Part shown: in pieces, positions 12,884-27,700 of the stretch
Numbering within the stretch: the stretch's first letter is position 1
How the letters are laid out: every line of letters starts with the position of its first letter
Origin: Selaginella moellendorffii
Taxonomy: Eukaryota; Plantae; Lycopodiophyta
Length of the DNA: 64,000 nt
Reading direction: 5' to 3'
NCBI RefSeq assembly: GCF_000143415.4
Contig: NW_003314286.1
Coordinates: forward strand, 79,826-143,825
Notes under the pieces: generated by a model
The model's input: only the letters and a program-made list of their open reading frames with translations
What the model was told of the DNA's origin: nothing
Databases searched by the model: none
Position numbers and translations under genes: made by a program

Positions 12884-13980
12884 CTAGCGCCGGCACACCA
12901 TTCCCCTGCTTCCATCCCCGCTGTGACACTCCATTGACGGCAGAGCCATCCCTGCCTTGCTCTTCATCTCAATCACATCCTCGCCGGCACCAAGCTGCGC
13001 TGTGGATTCCTGGAACCGCGACACCTCGCAATCGGAGTTGAAGAGCGATGACACCGCGAATCGCTTCTCCCCGCCCATGACGGGCATGGCGACGCCGATC
13101 TTCACCCGGCTCCGGAACCCCGCCGCGTACGTCTGGCCGAGCACCCCGTGCACGTCGCGCGACAGATCCCCAAACTTGAAATTCACCTCGAGGTGCGCGA
13201 AGCAATCGTCGGCCGTGATGTCGTAGCGGTGGACGCGCGATTCCTCCGCGGTGATGGGCACCACCCTCACCACCGCGCGGAAGCTCCCGGGCCTCTCCAC
13301 CGCGATGGCATTGGCGAGCGCGATGCGCGAGATCTTGAGGTCCCCAGCAGAGGGGAACTCCACCGCCGAGCCCTGCCCCGCCGGGACGAGGACTGGGCTC
13401 TCGTCCAGCGCTATGGAAATGTGATCCACGGAATCGTCCCAGATCGAGGCCCTCTTGGCGCCCACGTAGAGCTTGTGGCTGCCAAACATGATCCCGAGCG
13501 CCTGGACCCAGGTGAAATCGCGCGTGGATCCGGCCCTGTTCTTGCCGATGAAGTGCGCATTGATGTGGAGATCTCTGTCCGAGACCAGGCAGAAATCCTT
13601 GTCCTTCTTGCCGTGGAAGTAGAACATTATCCCGTCGCCGCCGATGAATCGTGGGTCCTGGCACACCGCTCCCGGCTTGTCACACGCTGGATCACCTCAA
13701 TCGAATCGAATGGGCCACACAGACGAGAGAAACGAGATCAAGTTCGTGAGAGCACCAGAGAGAGGGATTCGTGACGGTTAGAAGACCCACCGCAAATCGG
13801 CTTGCAAAACTTGCAATCGACCTGGCACGCCTTGGGGCATCCCGCGGGGCATTTGTGGACGACGCCATAGCAGGCCTTGAAGAAGGGATCCGAGCAGCTC
13901 GCGGACCAAGCGCGAGCGCCATGGATCGAGCAAAACAACAGCGCGATCGCCACACCCAGCACCACTGCCGCTCTCGCCAT
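12884..13980 (-). CDS. Root-cap / LEA-related secreted protein (Root_cap domain); exons 13980-13791 and 13686-12884
   Basis: Signal peptide, Cys-rich CPAGCPKACQVDCKFCKPIC, CDKPGAVCQDPRFIGGDGIMFYFHGKKD, RDFTWVQALG, VHGVLGQTY, MPVMGG. Confidence 0.92.
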
Positions 13981-14524
13981 TTCTCTCGCAAATCCAAAGC
14001 CAACTGCCCCAAATTTACGCGCGAAACAGAGCCCTAACCCTAATTCTAAGCTATCTCCGTTAGTGGGCTCTGTGCTGCCAACCTGACAAAAGGAGTGTAT
14101 ATTATGAATGTGAGGGGTCGGTGGAGCGTCATATGAGCTTCTTTACAGAGGCCACTGTCAGTGCCAGGACATGGTTGGAAAGAGTAGAAATATTTTGTAT
14201 TAAATTTTCTATCGTATTGCATGTACACAACACGACCAGATTGTACGCTTTTGTATCCACGCAAGTGTTGTATTCGTTATGTTCTTTTGCCTGGGTAGAT
14301 ACGCTCCTGGGCTACGGATTCCGTATTTCGCGGTGTCCTTGCGCGGTCGTCGCAGGTCAACGCTAAAGAGCAGAGCTGGGGTTCGATTCTCGATATGGCG
14401 GTCAAGGTTAGTAAACGGGTAATGGTCAAATTTGGTCAAAGGAAACGTGGCCGTCCATTTGGAGGAGGATTTGGTCTTCTTTTCGGACAGGAGTCCAAAC
14501 TTTCTAGGCATTTTTCCAGCAGCA

Positions 14525-15819
14525 ATGAGGAGCAAATTCTTTGCCGGTGTGGCGAGGAGGGCATTTGGATCGGCTAGATCGACGCGGGCTCTTTCTCTCA
14601 AAGGTACAATCGATCTAGATCTGGAATGGAGGTTTTTAGATCTGATAGATCTGGGAGGGGTAATGCTTTCGTGCTGCGAGTGGAATGCGGGATCTGGAGA
14701 GCTGTGCTTGAGCTTTTTGGCCAGATTTCTGGGCTAGGTTAGCTCGATTTGCTTCACAGTAGCGTCTCACACGGAATTATTGTTTATCTTCGTCGTTTTT
14801 TTACTTGCCTTTAAGATGGGAGAGCTTTTGGAAGTGCCGCGATTTGCAAAGGAGTTCCTCAGTCCGTGCTAAGTTTTGCTGCTCGTGCTACTCACGAGAG
14901 CACGGCAAGCGCGAAATGGCTTTTAGCTGCGGCTGCTCTTCCAGCTGCTGGTAAGATCTAGAGGAACTTTATCCTGGCAAGAATTGTTTTCTTTGAGACA
15001 ATCTATAGTTCTCACTTCTTCCTTTTTGTAAGCAGTGCTGGCATCCGCGGTTTCAACTGTGCACGCTGCAGAGGTATTTGTGTTTTTTCACTAGTTCGGG
15101 AAAGGAGTTTACAATGTTTGCTTTCGATTTTTTCTTTGTTTTTCATTGACAGATTGAGCGAACTTTTATTGCTATCAAGCCGGACGGAGTACAAAGGGGT
15201 CTGGTAAGTTTTTTTCTTTCTTTGAAGAACTTTGAAAAAGCTGCTTTTCAGTTTGATCAACTTTATCGTCGTTTTCCACTTTATTTTTCTTTTGTTTTCC
15301 CCAGATTTCCGAGATAATTTCTCGTTTCGAGAGGAAGGGCTACAAGCTCGTGGCAATCAAAATCCTGACTCCTACCAAGGAGTTCGCTATGCTCCACTAC
15401 GATGATCTTAAGGAGCGTCCATTTTTCAATGGACTCTGCGATTTCCTGAGCTCGGGTCCAGTAGTTGCCATGGTGAGCTTTTCGGCTTTTATTTTCATTG
15501 ACCGCAACTATTCTTCCAGGTATGGGAAGGTCAAGGAGTGGTAAAATACGGAAGGAAACTCATTGGAGCTACAAGTCCACACAACTCGGAACCTGGAACA
15601 ATTCGCGGTGATCTGGCGATCTCCGTTGGAAGGTAGCGAGCTCTTTTATTATATTTTTTCTCTCTCTTCTAGAGTTGAGTTCTTCACTCAAACTACAGGA
15701 ACATCATTCACGGAAGCGACGGGCCGGAAACCGCAAAGAACGAGATAAACTTGTGGTTTAAACCGGAGGAACTGGTCGACTACGGCCTTGATTCCGAGAA
15801 GTGGCTGTACGAGCCATAA
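14525..15819 (+). CDS. NDPK3: Nucleoside diphosphate kinase III (organelle-targeted), multi-exon
   Basis: Arg/Ser-rich presequence [14 protein letters not shown]; [42 protein letters not shown]; stop TAA at 15817-15819. Confidence 0.93.
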
Positions 15820-16525
15820 AACGCCGCGAAGAAACTCGGGATCGAGAGACGAGAAAAACTGGAGTTGCCGTCCCAGAGAAAGCGAAAGAAGGAGAAGAAG
15901 AAGAGAACCAAGAAGTTCTAGCTGGAATCTCCAAGCAGAGACATTTTTGATAAAACCAACACAGAATAATTCACAAAGGAAAGCTCTGCCGGCTTTTCAT
16001 GATTCATGCTCGTCGTGCCTTTTTCCACAGATGCAGCTGAAATGTTCAGTCTTTCTCCAGAAAAGCAAGCGAGCAAATCAAATCAAGTGCGAGACGTATT
16101 TCATGTGTGGTGCTCCTGGACTGGAGGCTTTTGACCCGTCATTCTTTCGTGCTCTTTGGAGTTTTGTCAAGCTTGGATGTCGCTCTCTCTCTCTGTCTCT
16201 CTCTTTCGTTTTCTCGATCGAGGACCCGGGCCCGAGAAGTTTGCTATGGTTTTGCTGCGTTTAGAAAACGTGGAATCCTGGTGGCCGTCACTCGCGGGAA
16301 AGAAAAAGGAACGTTTTTTTTTTGTTCCCTTTTTTCTGGCTCAGGGGATCAAGAAAAAATGGGCAGTCGGCGACAAGCACTTCCATGTCGTGATTCACTC
16401 GAACTAGCAGAAAGTTATTTGATTCCTGGGCTCTAGAATCATTCCTCCAGCGCTTGCATGCCTCCGGATTCATTGCCTCTATTCTTTTTTTGCTATCCAT
16501 TCATTCAGTCATTTTTTCTGGAGCG

Positions 16526-19135
16526 ATGTCGACGGATTTGGAGACGGGTGGTCTCGCTGGATCGGATCAAAGCCACCCAAAATCGAGCACAACGCGATGG
16601 GTAAAATCGGTGAGTGGAGAGAGAGAGAGAGAGAGAGAGAAGATCTCTTGTTCTATGCATATTCATTCTTTGTACCTACTTGAATTTTGGCAGTGGAAAA
16701 CGATTACGCTGGCGTACCAGACGCTGGGAGTTGTGTATGGCGATCTGGGAACTTCGCCTCTATACGTCTACCCGACCATGAATTTCAAGTCGCCCCAGGG
16801 CGAGGATTTTCTGGGAACTTTCAGCATCATCTTCTGGACGCTCACGCTCATCGGCCTCGCAAAGTACGTCTTCATTGTTCTCCATGCGGACGATCACGGC
16901 GAAGGTTTTTTTTTTTCTTCCGCAACTTTCTTTCCTTGTTCTTGGAAAGCTCTTTAAAGTTTGATCGTTTCTCTTGGAACCGTATAGGTGGAACGTTTGC
17001 GCTCTACTCGCTCCTTTGCCAGCATTTGAAGACGACGATCAAGGGCCACAAGTATGGACGAATGCTGTCGGATTCCAAGCTCTCGCACTTTAGCAAGACC
17101 AACGAGGCCGAGAGCCCAACCGCCTTTGCACGCTTCATTGAGAGGCGAAAGTCCGCTCAGAGGCTCTTGCTCTTCGTTGCCATGCTCGGGACTTGCATGC
17201 TCATTGGCGATGGAATTCTTACTCCTGCCGTCTCGGGTATGGTTCTTATGTTTAGCTTTCAAACTCTCAAGTTTATGTTCTACAGTGTTGTCAGCCATGG
17301 CTGGAATCGCCACAGCCACACCGAAAATAAACCAATGTGAGTCCAGTCGTTGCTTTGTCTTTGCATTGCTTGTTTTGGATTCTGCTCTCTCGCTTTTCTG
17401 ATTTGATACCTTTTTTTTTCGTCTACAGCTACTGTGGTTTGGCTCTCAGCTGCTGTTCTCGTCGCCTTGTTCTTGCTCCAGAGATTTGGAACAAAGTGCG
17501 TCAGCTTTGTCTTCTCTCCTATAATGGCCATTTGGCTCATCACCACCCCTTTGATCGGGCTCTACAACATTGTCATTCATTACCCCCAGATCTACAAAGC
17601 TCTGTCCCCTCACTACATCGTCACCTTCTTCCAGAGAAATGGGAAGGATGGCTGGCTCGCTCTTGGTGGAACCGTGCTTTGTATAACAGGTTCGTCTTTC
17701 AGTATCTTCTTCCAACGCTCCAAGTTTTCTTCGTCTTGTAGGCGCCGAGGCAATGTTTGCAGACCTTGGACACTTCACAAAGTCCTCCATCCAAGTAAGC
17801 TTTGCGAAAGTTTTATACCATCGTATCGATGATAACGATTGATTTTGTCTCCCAAGGTTGCTTTCGCGTTTATGATCTATCCCTCGGTGCTGCTAACTTA
17901 CGCCGGACAATCGGCATACCTGGTGAGACATCCAGGCGACCACCGAGAGGCATTCTACAAGTTTCTTCCTCGTTCCATATACTGGCCGATGTTCGTGGTG
18001 TCGACGCTGGCGGCTATAGTCGCCAGCCAGGGACTCATCTCGGCTGCGTTCTCCATCATCAAGCAATCCATAGCTCTCGACTATTTCCCTCCGGTGACCA
18101 TGGTTCACACCTCTCAAGACAAGGAAGGCCAGGTTTACTCTCCCCAAGTTAACTATTGTCTCATGGTTCTCTGCCTGGCCGTGCTTTTTGGATTCCAAGG
18201 TGGTCCAGAGATTGGCAATGCTTTTGGTACGCAAAACCTTCTGGTCTTTCTTTCATCCAACACAAGATTCTCTTCCAGGTGTGGCAGTCATTTGGGTGAT
18301 GCTAATCACATCTTCACTCATAACGCTGGTGATGCTTATCATCTGGAGAACTCCCGTGATCCTAGCGCTCGTCTACATCACAGTCTACGGGACCTTGGAA
18401 GGAGTGTACCTCTCGTCAGTGCTCACGAAGCTCCGCGAGGGTGGCTGGTTTCCTTTCGGCATTTCCGTCATCCTGGCCTTGGCGATGTTTAGTTGGCACC
18501 ACGGCCGCGAGAAAATCTCCGACTACGAGATGATCAACAAGGTGACCGTGGACAGCCTCGACGAGCTCTTCTCTCGAGCGGCCAAGCAGCGAGTTCCGGG
18601 GCTGTGCCTCTTCTACACGGACCTCGTTCATGGCGTCCCCCCGATCATGAGACACTATGTAAATAACGTTCGCTCGCTCCACCAGGTGATCGTCTTCATC
18701 ACCATCCGCTACGTTCCCGTCAGGACGGTTCTCCCGGACGAAAGATTCATCCTGGAGCGATGCGGCTACGCGGGGGTGTACCGCTGCGTGGCCCAGTATG
18801 GCTACACGGACGTGCTGGAAGGGGAGGAGTTTGTGAGCGACGTGATCGAGGCTCTGGCGATCTTCGTGGCTTCTCGGGAAGATCACGAAGAACTCGATAG
18901 CGATGGCGATGGCGCTGCTCTTGTAAGTGATCTGTGGCGAGCAAAGGCCGCCGGCGCTGTTCACGTCATGGCAAAGGCTGATTTCCGGATGAGCGAGGAG
19001 AGGAGCGGCTGGTTCGAGCGGCTGGTCCTAGACGGCATCTATAGATTCTTAAGGAATAATTGCCAGATGCCCGTAGCGGCGCTCAAGATCGCCCCCCAGA
19101 ATGTAATCGAGATTGGAATGATGTACGAGATTTAA
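16526..19135 (+). CDS. HAK/KUP: HAK/KUP/KT potassium transporter, multi-exon
   Basis: [82 protein letters not shown]. Confidence 0.96.
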
Positions 19136-19579
19136 AAATGGAGTCTTGGTCGGTTTGACTTGAGTTGACTAGAAGGGACTGTGACCGTGGACTAAAGTTG
19201 ACTGGGACTGTGACTGGGAGATTCTCTGACGTGACTTGTTGGAGGGAGCACTAGAGGGGATGCAAATCTTTTGATGCCGCGTTAGTGGAGTGCTGAATCG
19301 ATGCCACTAGCGCCATTTATCATCAAGCACATGAATCTTAAGCTCAGCGTTCTCTAGCAAATGATAAGAGGACAGCAACTTTACGATTTCTTTTGGAATT
19401 TCTTAGAGTATCGCTAGCAGTGCCACTAGCACCAATGGAGGATTGCCGGTTCAGGGCCAGGACGGTCGCCATCTGTGCGAATATACGGCGAGAGGGTATA
19501 AAAGATGGAACGATGAGCGGGGAGAAAAAATTCTGTGCGTTTCGAGTGTGTTTTTGTGTGGGGCTGTGTATTAGTTTTA

Positions 19580-22500
19580 ATGGCTCCAAACCCACAGGAG
19601 GGAGCCTCATTTGTCAGCCTTGCGCTATGGCATTGGATGCAACCATTGATTAACCTTGCGAACAAAAGGCCTCTAGAGGTAAGTTTGTATGAATCACATT
19701 AACTGAAGCTAACATTGGTGTGACCAGATGGATGATTTATATGATCTTTGCAAAGAGGAGACCACTGTTTTCAGCGACAAGCGCTGGAACAAAGCCAGGG
19801 AGAAGAACAAGAAAGCGTCTGTATGGAGAGTGATGCTCTGGTTTCAAGGAAGAAAACTGTTGTGTTATGCTATGACCACCAGGATTCTGTGGCTTGCTTG
19901 TGGCATCTTACAGGTAAATGCCATGTTAAATTTCTTCTACATTCTTGTTTTATCTGTGTCACAGGTCTACGCGGTCAAAGCTTTGGTACTGACCGTTGAA
20001 CACCCGTCTTCCATGAGATGGTGGAAAGGGTTTGTACTGCTGCTCGCGGCGGTCGTGTTTCCACTCTTGCAAATGCTGTGTCAAAGCTATCTCTCGGTCG
20101 CGTTTATAAGGCTTGGCGTGCAAATTCGAGCAGCGGTGTGCATGGCCGTGTTTAACAAGGTTGAAATTTGACTGAAAGTGTTGACTGGTCCTTTGACTCA
20201 GGTTGACTGAATGGTGCAGATCCTTGTCATGAATGCGGTGTCGCTCAGCCACACAAGCAATGGCCAGCTTCTCAACATTATCGGGAATGACATGCAAAAG
20301 CTCATGGACTTTCTGAATGCCTTTCCCTTCGGTAATCATAAATGTCATAGAAACTCTTGTACTAATCTCTAGTGTCTTAGTTGCTGTGCTGATCATCGAT
20401 GTGCTGGTTATCACTGGTGTTGCGGGGTATGAGATTGGGATCTCAGCAATTCCTGGGATACTGATAATTCTCCTGGCACAATTCTTTCAAGTTAAGTTCC
20501 TCTGAGATTCTCTAAGCTAAAAAGCTTTTGTCTTTTAGATTGGACTTGGGAGGAGGATCAAGAGCCTCAGGAGGAGAGCACTGGTGTTCATAGATGCCAG
20601 AGTCCGAATGGTCGGGGACGTGGTGACGGGAATTAGAGTTATCAAATACAATGGTTGGGTTGTTCCATTCTTGAAGCAAATAGCCATCACTCGGGCCCGG
20701 GAGCTAAGCTGGATAGCAAAAGCATCTTTTATGCGGGGAGTGGCCACGGCTGTCGGGGTGAGATATATTATTATACTATTTTTCAAGATTCAAACTATTT
20801 TTTCTTTATAGGATGCTTACGTACCATTAGCTTGTTTGGCCACCTTTGGCGTCTATGTTTTCCTCCACGGGGGGAATCTAAACGCCAAAAGTACATTTAC
20901 AGTTTTGCCCTTCTTGGGAGTCTTGTATAAATCAGCCGGCTCAGCAAGACCAGGTGTGTAAATATCGTTTCAACTTCACATAACAAAGTTGATGCTAGGG
21001 TTCTTAATATTTGGAGAAGCAATGATAGGCATGGATCGTGTACAGAGATTTCTTAATATCCATGTTGAGAACACTACCAAAGTAATTCAGACAACTTTTT
21101 TCAATGCGCCAATTACAATATAATGTATAATTGCAGAAATCTGCATTGCACGCAAATGCAACGGTCAAGGCAGTAAGCTGCTCTTTCACCTGGGAACCCT
21201 CGGGCACTAAAGGATCCAGCAGGCAACTTGGTCAACCAGTTCTAAGAAACATCAACCTTGAGGCCAGAAAAGGTGAGCTAGTTGCCATTGTGGGATCCAC
21301 TGGGAGTGGAAAGAGTTCTTTGCTTCTGGGACTGCTAGGCGAACTAAAGGTTTGATGAAATGCAATGATTTAAATTTGAAATTCATTTCTTTCTGGTAAT
21401 AATTTCAGGTACTCAGAGGCTCTTACAGCTTACAACAAGATGCTGTTTATGTACCGCAACAGCCATGGATAATAAATGACACTGTTCGTAATAACATTCT
21501 TTTCGGCAGTGATTTTGATTTGGAGCGATATCAAAGTGTTCTCTCTGCGTGTGCTTTGGATCAGGATGCATCTTGCTTCCCAAATGGGAGCGACTCTGAA
21601 ATCGTAAGACTTGATTCCTCCTCCATTAGTTTTTCTTAACTTTTTATACGTCACCAGGGTGAAAGAGGAATAAACTTAAGTGGCGGACAGAAAGCTCGCA
21701 TAAGTTTAGCCCGGGCATGCTACAATGCCTCACCAATTGTTCTTCTGGACGATCCATTTGCGGCGGTGGATGTTCCAACAACACAGCATTTGATCCAGCA
21801 CGTCTTGGGTGGCGTTCTCAAGGGCCGAACGGTGATCATCGTCACCAACAACGAGATGTGCTTGACAATGTGTAACAAAGTTTACCGCCTCGAGTATTCC
21901 ACCCTACATCTCAGCGAGGCCGAGAAGGAGATCAACCGAGGCCTGGTCAGTTACAACGCTAGATCATCACTTGAGAGCTCCCAGCAATCGATTGAACATA
22001 CCTCTCCCGTGGTTATAAAAACCACCAATGCTCAACTCCAAGGATCTAGTGGATCGCTGGTCAAGAAAGAGATCAGTCTGGCAAGTAGAGGAATCGCTGC
22101 AAAAGACTTGAAGGAGTACTTTAATACGATGGGATGGTAAGTACTTGAATCGATATGAACTTCCTCACTATCTGTTTGTTTTTTTTCTTCAGGGCACTGG
22201 TCATCCTTGTAGGAATAACCTTTGTTATCACGCAGTGTGCTTTAACGGCTGGGGATTACTGGCTAAGTGTGTGGACGGATAAAAAATACAACTTGCAAGC
22301 AGGTCCATATGTTGCAATTTATGCTGCTCTTGCAGTTGGGTTCCTCATTTTTGCTTCACTTCGAGTCTCTCTATTTACTGAAGCCACAAACAATGCTGCG
22401 AGGAAGTTACACTCGAAAATGGCTGAGAATATCTTACGCTCGCCCGTCACCTTTTTTGATCACGTGAGTTTTCATCTTTTGAAGCTTCACACTGTATATT

Positions 22501-24348
22501 CATGAGCATGAGTTCAACTAACGAACGAGCAGAACCCCACAGGGAGGATTATCAACAGGTTTACAAAGGATCAGTCAGCAGTGGATGAAATACTACCTTT
22601 TACTTTGCAAGTAAGTCGTGATCTGATGCCAGATTTTCTTTCTAACTAATTTTGTGTTCTTGGCAGCAAGTTATCGCATTCGTTGGTTCTTGCTTGGGGG
22701 CTCTTGCTTTGATTGCCATTCTCTTGCCGTGGTTTATGCTCGTCACTCCAATTTACCTTATGGTTTTTATATACATGAGGCAAAGATATGTGGCTATTTG
22801 CTGCGATGTGAAAAGACTTGATGGAGTAACTAGATCTGCCGTTTATGCACATTTGGTTGAGTCTATTGAAGTAAGTCTAATTCAAGAACATGTAGTTTTC
22901 ATGTTTTAAAAACATTCTGCAGGGAGTTGTTTCTATCAGAGCTTATGGAGCCGAGAAACGATTCATGGATCGTTTTGTTGATCTGGTAGACAAAAACAAC
23001 CAAGCAGGCATGATGTACGCGCATGCGTCGAGATGGTTCGCTACGAGGATGGAGATGACGGTAATTTTCAACTTGGCAGTGGTGGCTGCATTTGTGATTG
23101 CACTACGAAACTCTATATCTCCAGGAATTGCAGGTAAGAGAAATTCAACTCTTGATATATCTGAAGTTATATCCGAGATTTACCTTAAGCAGGAATAATA
23201 CTGGTTCAGAGCCTGAAATTGTCGGGACTTTTCCAGTTTACAGTCAGAAGCAGTGCAGAAGCCGAGAACCAGTTTACGAGCGTGGAGCGTATACAAGAGT
23301 ACACACATTTGGCTGTGGAGCCGGATTGCAAAGACTCGAGCAAATTATCTGTCCCCGACGAGTGGCCCCACCAAGGAACCATTGAGTTTAGGAATTACAC
23401 CATGGCGTACAGAGAGGATCTTTCACCGGCCCTCAACAACATCTCCTTCACGGTATAAGATCATGAGATATCTTATGTTATTAACGTAACCATTCAGGTG
23501 GAAGGAGGAGAGAAGCTTGGGATTCTGGGAAGAACTGGCAGTGGCAAATCGAGCCTTGTCGCTGCCATCTTCCGGATGGTCCAGAACGACGCGTGCAGTG
23601 GCTCCATAATAATCGATGATCTTGATATCCAAAAAGTTAAGCTGGACGACTTGAGGCGGAGACTATCGATCATCCCGCAAGATCCTGTCTTGTTCCGCGG
23701 CAGCCTTAGGTTCAACTTGGATCCTTTCTCCGAGCACAGCGACAAGGACATGTACGAGGCCCTGGCCAGGGTTCACGTCGCGGAAAAGGTGAAGAGCATT
23801 GGAAATGGATTGGATAGCGAGGTTACAGAGAATGGAAACAACTTCAGCCTTGGAGAAAGGCAGCTCATATGCTTGGCCAGAACTCTACTACGAAAGTAAG
23901 TATATAGAAACCATTTTGCTCTTTTCTTGATAGTTTTCCTTGTGATCAAAGGTCTCGCATTGTCATACTCGACGAGGCCACCGCAGCTATTGACAACAAG
24001 ACGGACAGACTTATCCAGTCTACAATGCGCGAAGTTTTTGAGAGCTGCACTTGTTTAACAGTGGCTCACAGGATCAACACCATAATTGACTGCGGCATGG
24101 TGCTTGTTTTGGACACAGGGGGTCATATTGTGGAGTATGATTCACCCTATAATCTTCTCAAGGCAGAAGGTACATTTTCATTGTGTTTTTATTTCTGGTT
24201 TTTCACTTTCCCTTGATCAGAAGTTTCAACAGATTCTAAGCCAGGTGTCTTTGCAAATATGGTAGCACAGTGTGGAGAAACTATAGCAGCAGAGCTAACA
24301 AGAATGGCTGAAGATGCAATGGTTGCAAGACAACAAAAGCAAGTATAA
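19580..24348 (+). CDS. ABCC: ABC transporter subfamily C (MRP-like, no TMD0), ~20 short introns; start codon approximate
   Basis: NBD1 [34 protein letters not shown]; TMD2 [12 protein letters not shown]; NBD2 [40 protein letters not shown]. Confidence 0.92.
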
Positions 24349-24744
24349 AAACTTTAATTAATAATTAAGGCAACATCTCTGTGCCTTTCCAAATAATAAA
24401 AATCATTTATGCCCATGTAGACACTCATCAAATCCCCCAGACATCTTGCGCATGTCCTTGCCACCTATCCTCCTTGTCCTTTTAGAACCAACGGTCTGTT
24501 CCTCCGCTAATCCCTTCACAAAATACTTGACTTCGGGCAGCACAATCTTATAAGATCTTTCAGCAATGTGACTATCTCTTTGGTCACAACTCTAATTGTT
24601 CTTCTTACAAGTTATCAAGGAGCAGTACTAAAACAAAACAAAAGTGATAAAACAAAACAAAAGTGAACCACAACATCAAGTTCGGCCATTTGAAGCAACT
24701 CTGAATTTGAGAGATCAGTGTTGGTGGACAAATAAGACAGCAAC

Positions 24745-27700
24745 AATGATACATGTCACACACTTGTGTGATATACAACAAGATCATTGTTTTGATGCGA
24801 TTTTCTATGTCTAATGGCTGATCACCATGAAATTTACAATGCGCCACAAACCAACTGGAACACCAGAAGATCCATGATATTTAAAAGATTTGGTGAAAAG
24901 ATTTTCAGTCTGATTTACTTGTTGGAGACTCCTTGTCACCAAGAACCAAAAAGAAAAAAAACGAATCTCATAAGCTGTCATTGTAAGGACAAACTTACCT
25001 CGATTTCCAGTCCTAGAATGGTGATAAAGATACTATAAAAAATGAGTGAAAGAAAAGACATATATGGCTCCCCACTAAGGGTATGGCCATAAAACATTCT
25101 TTCATGTGCACACCACATAAACTTAGAATATTTTTTCTTGATACCATATAATGCAGTTTATATTTAACTTTTAATCATTAGTCAAATGGCATATTTATGA
25201 ACAAAATAGCCATTAATCAACAAAGTAAAGATGTTATCTTTATCAATAAGACCAGACAACTTTAATGTTTTTTTCATGAGTGTTCTAGGATTATTTTTGA
25301 AATATTCTTAGTTTTCATTTTATTATTTATAATGCACTTTATCTCTCTCCCCTTAAGCCAGTTAGGAAAAGGATAATTCATGGTGATGGTATATTGAAAT
25401 TTCATCCTATATCCCTCCATCATATACTAATTATAGACAGGAGTTTTAAAAGTTAAACAAATGTCATCTGAAAGGAGTCTAATGCAATATAACCATAGAT
25501 AAAAGATGTGCAAATAACAACATTAACATTGCAATAAAAAGTCACAAAAGAAGTAAAGCAATATATAGATTTCTCACTTAACAATACAATCATTTAATGA
25601 TACAATCATGGAAATGAGTCAAATCATTTAACAATACAATTAAAGAACTCAATTTTCTCCTTCCTCAGAAATGTCATCCAAATTATAACTAAAACTTAAA
25701 AACACTCTTTTTCACATCATCTTTAATTTCCCATAAAATAGTCACTTATTTTAATAGAAGTTTCCTCCCTAAAATTGAGGTTACATAGCTTCTCCAGATT
25801 GACCGCAACTTCAAAAGCTTGTTCAGATCCAAGGTATTAAAAACATTATTGAAAACATCAAAAGATGACAAATCCCTTACCTGGTAAAGCATTTTACTTG
25901 GTCTTAACTTGCAGGAATAGGTGTTGCTGCTAAGCAGTATCGGTCCCTAAGACTTGTCCTTGACTCTCCCGTGTCACGTATCCTAGAAAAACAAAGCATC
26001 TGACCCAAATCTGGATTCACCTATCCATAGGACATCCCTTTATTGTACTTATATCATGACGCATTTACAGCATACACATATGAGCCTTTACTATGCTTGT
26101 ATCAAACCTTTACTATACTTGTATCTCATTGGTTTCACAAGCTTCACCCTTCTAGTATAGATTTCTGGAATCTCAACTCATGTATTGAGAGCAAGCCAAG
26201 ACAAGAGAGAGAATAGACAATCTAAGAGATGAACCCTGAACCCTAATACAACTAGTGCTATACTATTCCATGCCCGAACAAGATCAAATTTGCAAGTTGC
26301 ATCCTATCCATTACTTTGCAATCATCTCCACTGCAATCCTTGCCCAATTCTCGATAAACCTGCTGGCTTGCCAACTGTCAAATAGTACCCTAAGGAATGG
26401 AGAACAAGAGGTTCCTCAATAAGTAGAACATTCCCTGTGTCTGATCTGTCCTTCAAAGAATCCAAATCTTGCATTTCAAGCGTCCAACGGGGATCCAACC
26501 TCGCAAGTCCGTGTTGAATTTCTTGACGGCAACATACACAGCATTCAATCCATAGAATTGATGAAAGAGTATAAAACTCTGTTCTGTCAAGCAGTGGCGA
26601 ACTCTCGTAAAGTGTTAACTGCCATTAGTAGAAACCTCGTTGGCGTATTCAACAAAGTAAGCAGTTGCTTTGCTGAGCGGTACCTTTCCAGAATAAACGA
26701 TTCTAATGCTGAAACAAAAAACCTATACCATAGCTGGAATCTTTAAGGATCCGACTAGCATAATCCTTCAGGTCGGTCCTCATCCCCCAAAGTGACAGAA
26801 CACTGCAACTGAAAGTTTCTGTTTGAGTGTAGCAGAAACATTGCGTGCAACAACAACCATACCTCTGGTGCGAAACCCTAACAATGCTGGCACAAACACA
26901 TCCAAAAGAGATCTTGTTTTTGCTGTAGGTAAATCAAACCTATTAACCAAGGTGTCCTGCACCCCCTGGCATTCGTCGAGTATAATCGGCCCCCCTCTTA
27001 TGCGTCTTGATCAAACGATCAAATACCTCTTCGATCCCGCAGTCACTGGATACTAACTCGAGTAGTTTAACACTTAGAACGAAAGGGTCATTCTTGAACG
27101 CAAACCAAACCTGCTTAAACAACCAGTACTTGCCCTGGCATGCTTTCTACTACCTCCTTCAACTTGTCTAGGATGAAGAATTTGCTGAGGCGAACATCTT
27201 TGAAGCAGCACCGTGTCACGCGCATCGAAATTAACTGGTTTCCTGGATACAGAACCATTAGCCGGCTAACCAGCGCATCTAAGTCTGCAGAGCCCTCCAA
27301 TCCAATCCGTCCCATAGGAACACCAACAAAATACAGAGCCGAAGGCAATCTCATATAGTGTTCGAGTCTTTCCAGAGCCGGAAACACCGAAAAGGACCAC
27401 CAGGCCAGAGCGTGCTATATCCAATTGATCCAGAATGTATTTGGAGGCCGGAAAAGGCTCCTCGAGGCAACGCCAGAGAAGGCAAGGTTTGCGAGTGTCA
27501 AGGAGCTTGCAAACCGTCCCTTTGCAAACGTCAGGATAGCTGGCCTTACAATCACTTGGCTTAGCAAGTTCTTGATCTGCTCTATGTATTTGGTTCTATA
27601 TTTGGTCCAAGATAGTTTGCACATCTGCTTGATAAAGATCAAACATAAGCTTTGAACAAACACATAGAAAGGCAAGGAGAATGAGCATACAAGTAACGAT

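Noticed and set aside
21830-21855. Asn instead of His in the ABCC NBD1 H-loop (VTNN)
   Set aside because: NBD1 is the degenerate site in ABCC proteins and VTNQ-type variants are known.
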